Both the position numbers and the translations under genes were made by a program. The notes under the pieces are model-generated. The model had not been told where the DNA came from. It did no database searches and saw only the letters and a list, made by a program, of their open reading frames with translations. From Ophelia neglecta (taxonomy: Eukaryota): a stretch of 64,000 bases of DNA. Positions 26,799 through 38,165 of this stretch are shown here, one piece after another; position 1 is the first letter of the stretch; each line of letters starts with the position of its first letter. The DNA lies in the NCBI GenBank assembly GCA_965285935.1, contig OZ260665.1:71796001-71860000 (forward strand), written 5' to 3'.

Positions 26799-28589
26799 TA
26801 CATGTTTAATGGTGTTATTGTTTTCTATAATGATATATATCAGAAACAGCATCATAGGAAATAATCTTTGCTTAAACAATTGCTATATTTTAAATAAAAA
26901 TGTTGATTGACTGAAATAGTGTATTTAATTCAAGAAAAAGATGCCATTTAATATTTGTGAGATGCACTCAAGGAAGTTTGGCTATAAATCCTCATGATAT
27001 ACATAATTGTAACAGAAAGAGAGCTAAACAAGCACACCACAACTACATGTTATTTTTGTCTTCTAATTAGACACAAGTGCTAGATTAATAAGATTAGCAG
27101 TCCAGTTGTATAAGAGTATTCATGATAAACTACTTAAGTGTAGTTTTAGTTTTGGCTTGAGACTGACCTGCTGTAGTGACTGGTGTGCCTAGAAGTGGTT
27201 GGACTCCTTGTTGAATCATGGGGACACCTGTAGACCTGGCCACAACCACAGCTGGAACCTACAACAACTGATAATTAAATGTCTACCCAATAATGGCTGT
27301 ACCATGGGGACACCTGTCGACCACAACTACAGGTAGTAGCTACAGAGTAATGATAATTAATCATCATCTTTGCATAGGGATATGAAGGTTATGCATCTAT
27401 GTTTAAGGCAAAGTGAAAACTCCATGACCTTGAGAAATGGGCTAATGTCCCCCAAGTTCATCATACTCATCCCAGGGGTTGATGTGCTGAATAACTGATA
27501 TATTTTACCGAATAACCTGAATTTATTGTGACTGCTTTGACAGACATTTTCAGTGTTCTGAAAGATTGTTTTGATAGCCAGAAAAGGACCAAATATTTTT
27601 ATTGACCCCCTTGGTCCTGTTTTGAGCTCGTAGCAAAATAGAACTTTAATTATTACATTAATTCAACAAATTTTAATTTGGTAGTTTGTTAATTGGCTTA
27701 AATAACACTAAAGTGTTAAAAAAAAAAACAATTTTGGTGGTTATTCACAGAACAGACCTGACTGAAGCTGACAGATCTGGCTTGAAATAATAAAAGTCCT
27801 TCAATTTATAGTATCATGTCACATGTAATGAAAATTCTTCTGATGATCAATTAACTCTTCTAGCATAGTTTTGTAAGAGCCACCTTGAAACTTCTGATAA
27901 TTGCTGATGTTGTTAGGCTAACACCACTAAATAACATGTCAGGGAGTGCCATTTCTGCAGCATATGTTTGCTTGTACAAAGCTGTCTTTTTTGGTCTGTT
28001 ACCTTGAAAAATAGGTTAAGTCATCACCTTCGAACTGGTCCAAGGTCAATCCACTAGCAGAGGAGGTCATTCTCTGGGTTTTTATGGATCGAAATCTACT
28101 ACTAAAAGAAGAGCAGGGCAGTGGGGGACTCAACTGGGTCCGGGTCGAAAAATACAAGATACCAGCTACAAGCCCTGCAATGCCAGAGTCTCTCCAGAAA
28201 ACTGTACGCGTTTTAAACATCCTGCAGCAGAAGCTAGATAATTAACAAAATGTAAAGTGTCAAGTAGAATATTTTGGCTAAGTTTTGCCTTACGTTGGTT
28301 ATACAGGTTACTCTGAGGACAGATTGAGAACGTTTTCTCGCTAACATTACAGTGGTTTTACCTTATAATTGGTCTGTTGACGCTACATTGTGCTGATTTT
28401 AGCTAACAGTAGGCCTGTTGTCGCTTTATACTTATCTGTATGATTAAATTAGAAGTGTTTTGTAAGTCTTGCATGTCTGCTTCGGTTTGATCTGAATACT
28501 TGTAGTTTGTAAGCAGTCTCCAAATTTGCATATCAAATTACATATCTGAATTGTTATTCAATGTACTTGCATATTAAAAGTATAATATG

Positions 28590-29330
28590 CTCAAGCATAG
28601 CCAGAGATATTACAAGAACCTGAAACCTACCAACTCCAAGAACATACATACTAGAGAAACATCACGTTCGCGGAGGCTAACAACAGCAAACTACCACCTT
28701 GGCTACAGGATTGCAGCAACTCACAGAGACAATATATCAGCCTACCGATAGAGCCGAAATATGCAGATGACATTAGCTGGGGGGCAGCCAACTGTACACA
28801 TAAAATTAACATTAAAAAAAAAAAACCCACAAAACTCACTCCAAGCGGGCTCATGGTAAATGAAACAAAAATTAAGGACCATAACATATCTTTGACAGAA
28901 AATAACCAAACAAAACAAGGTCAGCCTGTGTTCTGTGTCAGTGCTGCAAGTGTAATTCTGTACAATTGTGAACTTTGGATAATGAATAAAACAACAGAAA
29001 ATCAGATCTACCTGTATCAGAGGCACATGTTGAGAAATGTAATAAATGTAAGATGGCCCAAAAAGATAACAAAGAAAATGGAATGAAACAATCTGGCTCT
29101 GATGGGTAGGCCAGTACATCTGCCTCCCCAGGGAAACAACATCAAGGAAAACACAGGAGGCCATGTCACCATCAAAGAAAACAGAAGGAGGCCAAAAAAA
29201 AACCTGGCCCTAAACAATTGAAAAGAACCTCACAGAGTTAGGCTATACGTTGGAGGAGGTCATAACTGTGGCATGGATAGAGGAGCGTGCAGGGAAGTAG
29301 CATGACCCGCGCAAGCAGGACATGTGTAAG
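28590..29330 (+). mobile_element. Decayed non-LTR retrotransposon 3' fragment (RTE-like)
   Basis: RT core KYADDISW (~28757-28780), LMVNETK, then post-RT SVILYNCELW...QRHMLRNVINVRWPKKIT and RRPKKTW-like segment. Confidence 0.75.
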
Positions 29331-29705
29331 CATTTCATGTATAGACGAGAGACAGATGTTGAAAATTACCTGCAAGGCACTCGCATGTACTTTAATGGCC
29401 ATTATTGCTGTTTTTCTTGAATGCTAATCCAACCTCCCTGCTGTGTGACAGTTTGTTCCTGCCTACATGCATGTCGTCTATGCTGTAAATTTGGGGGGGG
29501 GGGGGGGTGGGGGGTGGCGATTAGCATGTCTGCAAAGAGCCCAAGGCTATTCATTTGGCAGCCAGTCTCGATGATTTAGGTTGTTGAGTCAACCTGTAAT
29601 CATCAGTATAACACTGTATAACACAACTGTGTCTGCTGACTCTTATCCACAGTGGTTTTAGAAAAAATCCTAGAACCAAGTGGTACCAGAGATAAGACAC
29701 CTGAA

Positions 29706-29809
29706 GACAGGGCGTCCTGCCTGTGTCTTGACAGGGCGTCCTGCCTGTGTCTTGACAGGGCGTCCTGCCTGTGTCTTGACAGGGCGTCCTGCTTGTGTCT
29801 TGACAGGGC
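29706..29809. repeat. 24-bp minisatellite (GACAGGGCGTCCTGCCTGTGTCTT)n
   Basis: About 4.3 near-identical copies. Confidence 0.95.
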
Positions 29810-30202
29810 CCTGTTGGTGTTGTTTAAATGAATTAAAGTATTATAATTATACATGAGTCTGACAGATACCAAGAACAGCTTGTACCTTGGACTTTATTTT
29901 TTATTTTTGAGCTGTTATAGACCATCACAGCAGGGTAGTTATATTGTACTGGCACTGTAGATTGGCATAGTGACAGGAAGTATATTTATGTGACACTGAA
30001 ACTGTAGGTCATCAAGATTCCTAATAAATAATTTACCTTCATCCCTGACTTTTCATTTCACCTCCACTAAAACGCTAAGATGAAACCAGGGGAATGGCAG
30101 ACGCCAAGGTCTTAGTAATATCTTATCATGTGACTGGTAAGATCCTCCTGACCCCTGATACCTGACAGAGCCCAGGGACCAGATTGTTTGATTGTAACTC
30201 AC

Positions 30203-30318
30203 CTCTCTGATACTGGGACTGGTTATATCCTTGTGGACCAGACCTGTGATAGCTGGCAGATCTATTACCAGATACCAGATTGTTAGACATGTTTGTGTCC
30301 TTCAGGGGTCCTGGGTAC
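30203..30318 (-). CDS. SPMIP2: SPMIP2/C4orf45-like, coding exon 4
   Basis: Acceptor GTTTACAG, phase 2 completes Trp codon giving NAW-YPGP (cf. NPWQPKP); donor G|GTGAGT; downstream exon(s) unresolved. Confidence 0.7.
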
Positions 30319-30548
30319 CTGTAAACACATCAAATCACATCTTTAGTTTAATGTCCTGAAGGTAAAGAAAAACATGACATTTGTAATAGTATAGCCCGCC
30401 ATCAACACTTCGGTCCTTCACAGTACCTGATTTGTTTTAATTTACTACTTGGATTATTTTGTAATCTGTATGTTTTTCCATGTTTCACATTGTTAGTTTC
30501 CTGCAATCTAACTCCACGCCTTGTAGTCCTTCAGTATGTAGCTTTAAA

Positions 30549-30789
30549 GCTCCCCTGCCAGGCGCCCAGCATTTGCGGGTAGTATCAGTTCTAATCAACC
30601 CGGTGTCCGTATGGTACTGGGTGGGGTTCTCTGTCTGGTGTCTTCAGCTTGTACTCCAGTGAGACAGCATTATAAGGAGGGCATTTAGCCCACTATCTCA
30701 AGTAGGCACCGTGGTGATATGACCATATCATTGTTGTTGAAAGCCACGTAAAACCCCAAACAACAACAACAACAAAAAACAACAACAAT
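30549..30789 (+). mobile_element. 5'-truncated SINE (MetaSINE-like core) with (CAA)n tail
   Basis: CCCTGCCAGGCGCCCAGCATT...CCCGGTGTC core resembling invertebrate Meta-type SINEs as recalled, 3' end TGTTGAAAGCCACGTAAAACCCC followed by CAA repeats. Confidence 0.55.
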
Positions 30790-31387
30790 ACAGGCCAAAC
30801 AAGGTGTTTAGAAACACAAGGATCACACCAAAGTCAAAGCAAAGGTAGAATCCCCTTCCCCCCCCCCCCCCCCCCCTAAACAAAATAATATTTATTTGCT
30901 CTAAACAATAGAAATTGCATTAAATGGCGAGAAAAGCAAAAGCCTCAAACTCCAACCCATCCCTCTGCATGTCCCCCCACTATTTTTCAAAAAGGGTTGG
31001 GGGCAATGAACAATGCGATTAAATACGTGAAAAAAACTGCAAAAATGCCAACATAAACTATTATTTGGCCGTATATGCTAACAGCAGGTTGCACATGTTT
31101 TTTTTGAGAAGTTGTAGTAGCAAGAACATGAAAATTACTCCCAAATAGTTTCCCAGAACAAAGCACACCAATATCAACCACATGGTATTTGTGCATCAAG
31201 GTGTTGCATAGTTACAGAACCCGTCCCTAGAGGCCCTATGCATACCCCCCCCCCCTTTTTTTTTGAAAAATGATTAATAAGATTTGCAACATATGATGAT
31301 GAATTTTTCAATTATTTTCAGTATATTTGATGTTCCTATATTGCACTATCAAGCAAATGAGTCAAAATCCAGTGTAACCAAGCTTAC

Positions 31388-31446
31388 CATGCATTTTGAT
31401 ACAAGTGAGTTGTTCTGTCCTCAACTGCCTGTCTGAACTCTCCCAG
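31388..31446 (-). CDS. SPMIP2: SPMIP2/C4orf45-like, coding exon 3
   Basis: Acceptor TTTTATTACAG, donor TG|GTAAGC; LGEFRQAVEDRTTHLYQNA matches family motif E..QA.....TH.YQNPW. Confidence 0.88.
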
Positions 31447-33268
31447 CTGTAATAAAAACCAACTCTATTTACAAATATCTAAGAACAGAATGAACTGAAC
31501 TGCATAAAAAACTACTGCCAAATACTGTTTTTGGCTTTGTTAAGACTCTGTTTGATCATCCAGATGCCCATCCTAGATGGTGATCACTCATGGGGGATTG
31601 TCCTTAAGTCCCTAACCACATTCTAGTTTCCTGGCTTCACCTGCCACCTGAATTGTCCAACCCTGCTGGTTAAGCAAATTAGTTACAGGTAATTACTCAA
31701 AAAGTGTTCCGCAACTTGTCTAAAAAATGCTATTTTAGAACACACTGGTATTCACCTGAAAAGTGAAGAAAAAACAAAAAAGGAATTGCCTTTTACTTTT
31801 CCAATTCAATGTCAAATTTGATGACCCAACTGGCACCGCAGAGTATGGCTACCTATAAGCTGGCAATACATTTTGAGAGCCTGTTAAAAATACATTTGAG
31901 AAACTGTTAATACAGCTAATACAGTAACACAATACCATTGTTTTGTTTTTGATCATATTGCAAAAAAGTATTATTGGATTTCCACCAAAAGTTTATTATT
32001 TGATGCCAAGGCAAGAACGCTTGAGTCTCCGAGCTGTGTTACGTTCAGTGCAACTGTGTTCCCAAGTTGACATCCTCACATATGACCAACTGAAGGAGTA
32101 CAAGAGAGAGGATCTTGATCATTATCTAAAAAAGAATCCCAGGCCTTTTTCTGTAGGCTTACAATGATTCATTTGCACCTGCGTCCATTGACACGTAAAA
32201 ATTTAAAAGAACTCATATTTACATGTTAGTGTGCATCCTTAGGACACACTAGCATAGAATCTTGAAACATGGTCACTGTCTCAAAAATGCCAGTGTTAAA
32301 TCTGGTGAAATTATGAAGAATAATATATGTGCATAAACAACTTGGTGAGTATGCTTTGTTTTCATCTGTGTGGGCAGTCGTTGTGCATGCACTATGCTTA
32401 TTTTGATTGATGAGCCAGCAGACTTTATAGCCAATGCAGCACACTGTACTAGCTTCTAGATTAGACACGCGTGGTTTGTGCTAATCTGCACCTGGCAGTG
32501 TTTGTCGTGAAAGCTCTCAGCAGTTCCTGAGCAAACACTACCAAAATGCCGCTACAAATAAAAAGTTTTACAGGACCCGCCAGCAGCCATTCGCATGAGG
32601 TTCAACTGATACTTCACCGCAAAATACTCGTACTGAACCACACAGCTAGATGCGCCATGCCAGGAGAAGGTGGCAGACTGACTGAAACAAACTATTTTAG
32701 TAGTAGTAATAATAAACAATTATAAGTATCTATAAATTTTGCATTTACATATCAACGTTTATTTCATTTTCAAAATGCTGCAAGGCACAAAATTTTTTCA
32801 CAATTTTTGTAGCCAGTGAGTCCCAGGACTTGCCTTATTGAATTTGAAAACAAATCACCGGCTAAGCCTTTGCTTGGCCATAAAACCATTTCAAACAGTC
32901 ACAGCAGTGTAGACAGCATGGGCTGGACCTTTTCCATGTCCCAAATTTCCTTTATCCAAAAGAAGTTGGGATGCAATAGAATGGGATCTAAGGCGTATGA
33001 CTAGTTTGGAGATTTATCAATATTTTGTTTTGACCTCAGTGACCTTCAAATTACTTCAAGGCTACTGATTATTTATCTCAACTGAGCTTCAGCCAAGGGA
33101 AATGTTTAGAATGTTGAAGTGCCTAGAAGCATTTGTTCAAAATCAATTTAATTTTGATCATCTTGCTCAAATTTTTTTCACAAGTGACATTAAAATGGAG
33201 GTGTCACACATTTTGGACCTACATGTATAATGCCCATGTATACATTCGCACAGGTTCCTTCCAGTTAC

Positions 33269-33864
33269 AACCCCCTGCGGGTTCGGGGAAAGAATAGACC
33301 CGACGTACCTCTGCGTGTCGTAAAAGGCGACTAAAAGGGGCATCCTGTTTGCCTTGGGATGTGACCTGTGACGGGTGAAGGACGGGATCCTGGTGGTTGA
33401 GCCAAACTGATTACTACGGTTTTTAGTGGCAACACACCACTTCGGCCCTTACTTCCCCCTAGACAGGAGGCCGTGTTCAGCCTGACATGGTCAACCGGCT
33501 TGTCTGTTATAGACAAGGACATACGGCTAGTCTGGACCAGTTACTAACCTAGTTGGTGCTGGTCTGGATGAACATGCATGTGCAGCACTGGCGTCTGTCT
33601 GCGATGGAGTAATCCCCAGACGATGTCCCCTCGTTGGGCTCAAAGTAAGGGCTTTACTAACACATTTTAGTCAGAAAAACATCTGACCCACCCACCTAGA
33701 AGATTTTTTATAAAATAGAGCTCAATAACCGCCTACTTCTTACTATTATCCCCATGTAAATAAAAATAGACAGTACAATAAACGATTAACTATACCCAAC
33801 TTAAGACACTAAATGACCCACATGGTGTCTATGTGTCGTTAAGCCCCAAAAATCCAAATCCAAA
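33269..33864 (+). mobile_element. Non-autonomous retroposon (RTE-derived SINE-like) with structured 5' end
   Basis: 13-bp TSD with one mismatch (TCCTTCCAGTTAC 33256-33268 / TCCTTCCATTTAC 33865-33877); (AAATCC)n 3' tail after GTGTCGTTAAGCCCC; no ORF. Confidence 0.75.
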
Positions 33865-34214
33865 TCCTTCCATTTACGCACCAAAACATACTCTCAACAG
33901 CATTGGCTAGTAAATAAATACTAACCACTACCATTTAAACTGAATATTTACTTAATGGAAATGTTGCTAAACAGTAACAGTTCCTTCCCATTTGGTTTCA
34001 GATTTGAAAAATGAACCAGACTGATTGTATTTCATCTAATATGGCCCATGTAAAATAAATGGGTAATCAGTATATTTCACAAAATGGGATCACACAAATT
34101 ATAGGAAATAACACATTCTAGTCTTTGAAGAAATTAATGAAATAAAACTTTGTTTTCAAGGTCATAAGGTAGGGTATCCACTTTAAAATATGGTTTAAGA
34201 AAGACGCCCTGTAC

Positions 34215-34438
34215 CTTGATCTGTACTCCTGTCTGGGGTGTGGACCAGTCTGCCAGGTGCGGCACACCCCAGCCTATCTCTCCCACACAGCGGGACTTGG
34301 GCCGTGGGTGAGCCTGATGACTTGGTGCCCTCCATAGGTAGGCCACTTCACTGGTACCTTCAGGGGACATGGTGCCTTCTCCCACATAATGTTGCTCCGG
34401 CTCTATACTGACTCGATGGTCACGAATAGCATCTGGAC
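34215..34438 (-). CDS. SPMIP2: SPMIP2/C4orf45-like (DUF4562), coding exon 2
   Basis: Acceptor CTGTTCAG phase 1, donor AAG|GTACAG phase 0; GPDAIRDH..HYVGE..SPEGTSEVAYLWRAP..CVGEIGWGVP..GVQIK matches human C4orf45 motifs FTGPD, YVGE, YLWR, EIGW, G.HIK. Confidence 0.9.
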
Positions 34439-34528
34439 CTGAACAGTGAGGAAGCCTTAGTAATGGTCTTGAACATTACTCTTTCTTGGGTGGTACCATG
34501 CAGCATCTTGCTAAAGGGCAGAACGTTA

Positions 34529-34936
34529 GGGGCGCACCATTAGATATTTGGGGGGGGGGGGGCGACAAAATATTTTCTAGTGAAACAAAAAAATTTCTAG
34601 CTTTGGACAAACAAACAATTTATTTTTTCCTATCTGGGAAGCAAACAATTTTTTTTTCTAACAAATCTCTGTCAAATATTTTTTCCCTAGCCTTGATCAA
34701 ACTTGTATACCCTATGTGTTAAGTCATTATTTGGCCGTGAGGCCAACCTTTTTTTAGAATCCATCGAAGAATGGATCAGTGCTTATGCAAACAATTTTTT
34801 TTAAAGAAAATATCAGACAAACAATTTATTTTTTCCAGAGTCAGAAACAAACAATTTTTTTTATGCATAACCAGAAACAAACAATTTTTTTTTTTTAATT
34901 TGTCGCCCCCCCCCCAAATATTGAATGGTCCGTCCC
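34529..34936. mobile_element. PIF/Harbinger-type MITE
   Basis: Imperfect TIR GGGGCGCACCATTAGATATTT(G)nCGACAAA / TTTGTCG(C)nAAATATTGAATGGTCCGTCCC; TTA TSD; internal AAACAAACAATTT subrepeats. Confidence 0.8.
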
Positions 34937-35729
34937 TTAGTACTTTATGCCCAAAATAGGGAGTGCACCCCCCCCTCCAACCCCTGGATCTGTGGCCAAC
35001 CCCTGGATCTGTGGCCCTTGGAGTGAAATGGCCCTATATACAGCTGCCACATAGCTCAAGGTAATGGAAGTGCCTCCATGGAAGTCCATGCACTCCCAGC
35101 CTACAAAATGTAGTAGATCTAAAACTTGGAAGCCATTTTAAAAATGCAAAGGTTATTTATTGAGCCACTAACTTTTTATCTTTGTTTACTAATACTTTTT
35201 AGTCAGGAAAGCATCTTAATCATCCACCTAGAAGACTTTTATAAAATAGAGTTCAATAATTGTTTATTTCTCACCATTATCCCCGTGTAAATAAAAAAAG
35301 ACAGTACAATAACTGAATTATATGAACTATACCCAACTTAAGACAAGAAATGGCTCACATGGTGCTTATGTATTGTGACACTTTTGACATTTGGGATTTT
35401 GTCTATATGCACTTGTTATATGTATGTTTAAACTTTAGAGCTTGTTATCTGTGGTATTGGAATTTATTGAGTATGACGCAGCTATTTATCAGTGTATTTA
35501 TCTGCAGGGACTTACCATGTTGGTGCTTAAATTGATTAATTCACATGTCTTATTATGCGCTCCAGTGTAAATACATTTTATATGTTGTAAAAATGGAGAT
35601 CAGACGACCTCGTCCTCCATCTTGGTTACCGGGCTCAGTGAGAGCTCAGGTTTATTATTCGATTAATGATTAACAGTAGTATTTCTGTACTCATGTTTAC
35701 CAGTAATACTTCACTAGCTGCCTCTGTAT

Positions 35730-36683
35730 TGTTACACTATTTTTAGGGGATTATAGTTGGGATTATAGCCGCTTTTGTCAGACGCATTAATTTATTTACT
35801 GCGGGGTAGTTGCTTAGGCCTGTGCCATGCGCGGGGCATGCCGGGACACGCATATATATGCCGCTACGGGGCGCCCGGGGGAGCGGGAGATTTGAAGCTG
35901 AGGAGTCAAGTCGATAACAACCAGAGTTTCTTAATAGATTAATAAATACATTATACTGTAGTTCTAGCCTTGAGGGCCATACCGTGATATAAAAAGGTAA
36001 AGACCACACTTGTGGATTTACAGGAATTGATTGAATTCGATTTTGCCAAGGGAGAAAGTCCTGGCTTGTTCTTATGTGTTCCCCCTCCCCCTCATTTCTA
36101 GTTGTTTGCGGGTCTCCCCCCCCCCCCCCAGATCGAAATTCTCTTAAATTTACATTCGCTCCTGCTGGGCAGCCCCAGGCAAGTCTGTGGGCCTAAATAC
36201 ACAGGGGCAACGCACTGTTGTAAGGGGCGAAAGTGGGGCGCTCTCAGGCCACTTGTCAGCGACCGGCGCAAGTAGACGGGTGTAGGCTATATTAGCTCAA
36301 CAGTAAGTTGGGGGCTCATAGGCCGCTAGCGTGTCGCTAGTCAGCTATACTGGGGGATAGTGGGGCATTGCGGCACTAGCAGGGTGCATTACATGTTTCA
36401 CAGGGAGTGAGTGACGGGATAACAAGATCACATTTTGTACTTTTTTATGTTGCATTGGAATAAATACATCATTAATTTAACATTACTTCCTTGGTTGTTT
36501 ACATATATATTTTAGATTCTATCAGGCCGCTTAGCATAGGCAGGCTTTACAATTTGTTCGGGTGCTTCGAAGATAGGCGATCCTAAATCTGAGTATATTG
36601 CAGTAGGCTGTCCTGACCATTTTGTGACTACTGACAGTACATAAGAATATTCTTGTTATGGGCTAGGTCTAAAGGGCGTAACA
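35730..36683. mobile_element. Solo LTR (954 bp) in SPMIP2 intron 1
   Basis: TGTTAC...GTAACA inverted termini, 4-bp TSD GTAT on both sides, internal TATA-like and AATAAA motifs, GC-richer than flanks. Confidence 0.75.
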
Positions 36684-37170
36684 GTATCATTAAGCCGTAA
36701 AAATCTGAATCCAACCCAGCCTACTCTCCACAGGTTCAATGATTCTATGAGTTTTTGTTCAGTTTCACACTAATCATGATATATAATGGCATAGAATGGT
36801 TGACATTTTTTCAAAAATAAACCACTTCCCCCGGTTTTGACAACACAGTTTTAAGAATGGATCATCATGTAGACCTTTGAAACTATTCAGAATTTAATGA
36901 TTATTTGAGATTGTTGTCAACGTGAGACATTATAAGAGCTAAAGCAGTGTTGTTTACATCTTCTCCTCCGGCACTGGGACGGAACCTCTGAAGTTTACAT
37001 TCATCAGGATATCCCAGGAAATACATTCCCCTCATTTTATTATTTGTACTATCTTTTGATAGCCTTTAGCCTTTTTAACCTAGAAATGCCAAGAAAAGTA
37101 AATAAAACAGGATTTATCCATTAAATTGTCAACCATACTACTCACAACTGTTCTTTTTAATTTGTTATTA

Positions 37171-37616
37171 CAGGGCATTTTTTCAAAGGAGGGGAAAGGG
37201 GCCCATAGCCCATCAGGAGGGGAAAAATAATAGAATTATTAAAAAAGGGGAATATTACAGAAAATTCAAATAAACTTAAAATTTTAAACCGTCTTTTAAA
37301 GAGCATACCGGCTTACATGTTTGTGCGTCTGGCATGAAAAATCATGATTCAATATGGTGCCGTAGAGTAGTTGCACATGCGCAGTTAATGTCGTAAAAAT
37401 TTGTGATAGTTTAGATTTAGTACCCATCGAATATAGCTATACAAGTCAGCTTGACATAATGTTTAAGTTGTTGATAACAGTTAGAAATTATTTAAAGAGA
37501 TGAATTTTTCTCTGGAGGGGATTTTTTATTTAGAACAGGGGAAAAAGTATAAAGCTTGGATTGCAAGGGGAAGACGCCTGTGAACGATGTCAGTTTCTCA
37601 ACGAAAAAAAGCCCTG
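37171..37616. mobile_element. MITE with CAGGGC termini
   Basis: CAGGGCATTTTTTC ... GAAAAAAAGCCCTG; flanked by TATTA on both sides; internal AGGGGAA subrepeats. Confidence 0.7.
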
Positions 37617-37959
37617 TATTAGGTCATATATTTGCAAAAAATTGTTATAAAAATGACTTGATAAGAAATTTTAATCCCATAGACGATTTTTTTTTCATTT
37701 AACCCTCATCAAGATTATTCTATTTCAACCATAAGCACTCATTCTAAAACTATTAGATTCCGGCATGAGCAAATTCATATGGGATATGTACAATGTGCTA
37801 GGGCAAACACTTTGGCGAATACGTGCCCTGAATATATTTAATGCCAGTGCCATATTTGTATATATTATAAGGACATCCCCACCCCCCCACCCCCACCCCC
37901 CCCCCCCCCACCCCCAAAGTGAACACCATGTACATGTATTAAAGTAGGCACTTTCTTAC

Positions 37960-38065
37960 CAGTAAACAACATGACTCCACCCCTATTTCGCTCGCAGCCA
38001 AAGAATGTCCTACTAGACCCGGCGGACAAACAGCTTACCGAGCTTCTGGTGTTTGATACCGGCAT
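37960..38065 (-). CDS. SPMIP2: SPMIP2/C4orf45-like, coding exon 1
   Basis: ACCATGC start; MPVSNTRSSVSCLSAGSSRTFFGCERNRGGVMLFT then phase-1 donor G|GTAAGA joining exon 2 to give MLFTGPD (human MIFTGPD). Confidence 0.85.
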
Positions 38066-38151
38066 GGTAAAAAGTTTTTTAAACAAACAATGCACAGCGT
38101 TTAAAATTATCCCGCGAAAGATGGAGCAATGGGGATCTAGAGATAAGAAGT

Positions 38152-38165
38152 GTCTCCTTGGCAAC
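38152..38165. promoter_or_regulatory. RFX X-box upstream of SPMIP2
   Basis: GTCTCCTTGGCAAC fits the X-box palindrome consensus, 87 bp upstream of the ATG of a ciliary/flagellar gene. Confidence 0.75.

Noticed and set aside
27999-28220. 73-aa minus-strand ORF with splice-like borders
   Set aside because: Open frame is incompatible with the phase-1 donor of SPMIP2 exon 4 and shows no recognisable homology; kept only as a possible exon in the findings
33395-33670. HDV-like ribozyme around TCCCCTCGTTGGGCTC...CTAA
   Set aside because: P1, L3 and P1.1 cannot be fitted cleanly, and the would-be 3' strand belongs to the segment duplicated at 35185
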